Below, one piece after another: positions 63,715 to 64,000 of a stretch of 64,000 nucleotides of DNA. Source of the DNA: Dendrobates tinctorius (Eukaryota). Position 1 is the first letter of the stretch; every line of letters starts with the position of its first letter. The stretch covers positions 25,420,001 to 25,484,000 of the forward strand of contig NW_027361731.1 of NCBI RefSeq assembly GCF_039654945.1. Direction: 5' to 3'. The notes under the pieces were generated by a model, which was not told the origin of the DNA, searched no databases, and saw only the letters and a list, made by a program, of their open reading frames with translations. The position numbers were made by a program, and so were the translations under genes.

Positions 63715-64000
63715 CCTGCACTGTGACCACCACAATGACAGGCGGTGATCCCTCCACTCACCTGACAGTAACCACCCACAATGACAGGCGGGTTACCCCT
63801 CCGCTCACCTGCACTGCGACCACCACAATGACAGGTGGGTTATCCCTCTGCTCACCTGCACAGTGACCACCCACAATGACAGGCGGATTTATCCCTCTGC
63901 TCAGCTGCAAGGCGACCACCCACAATAACAGGTGGGTTACCCCTCCACTCACCTGCACAGCGAACACCCACAATGACAGGTGGGTTACCCCTCCACTCAC
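63715..64000. repeat. ~48-bp minisatellite containing splice-donor consensus on the gene strand
   Basis: About 6 copies of CTCACCTGCAC.G.GACCACCCACAATGACAGG.GGGTTACCCCTCC; runs off the window end. Confidence 0.9.

Overview
Eukaryotic (vertebrate) genomic DNA. The repeat content suggests a frog, but that is an inference. The window lies inside one minus-strand gene, an outer-arm axonemal dynein heavy chain, most likely dnah9. I traced 22 consecutive GT-AG exons (63386 down to 3343) that splice in phase into 4119 nt / 1373 codons with no stop. They cover the end of AAA1, AAA2-AAA4 and the stalk/microtubule-binding domain; both ends of the gene lie outside the window. The introns are filled with tandem repeats (35/36, 86, 31, 32, 41, 52, 22, 30, 21 and ~48 bp units) and nested mobile elements: a near-complete Tx1-clade LINE inside the 35-bp satellite, a near-complete CR1 LINE inside that Tx1, two L2 fragments, two tRNA-derived V-SINE-like elements, a decayed Tc1, a hAT remnant, several solo-LTR-like elements and MITEs. 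Most long ORFs in the track are repeat or antisense artefacts. Best leads: (1) three tandem CR1 5' monomers each carrying an adjacent Staf/ZNF143-like site and octamer, the layout of the snRNA distal enhancer; (2) a Tx1 that may target the minisatellite; (3) a minisatellite apparently built from the upstream exon's 3' end plus its splice donor; (4) inverted LTR-like copies bracketing two exons; (5) ~1.8-kb higher-order structure and uniform polarity of the satellite arrays. All family and motif assignments are by eye and from memory; no searches were run.
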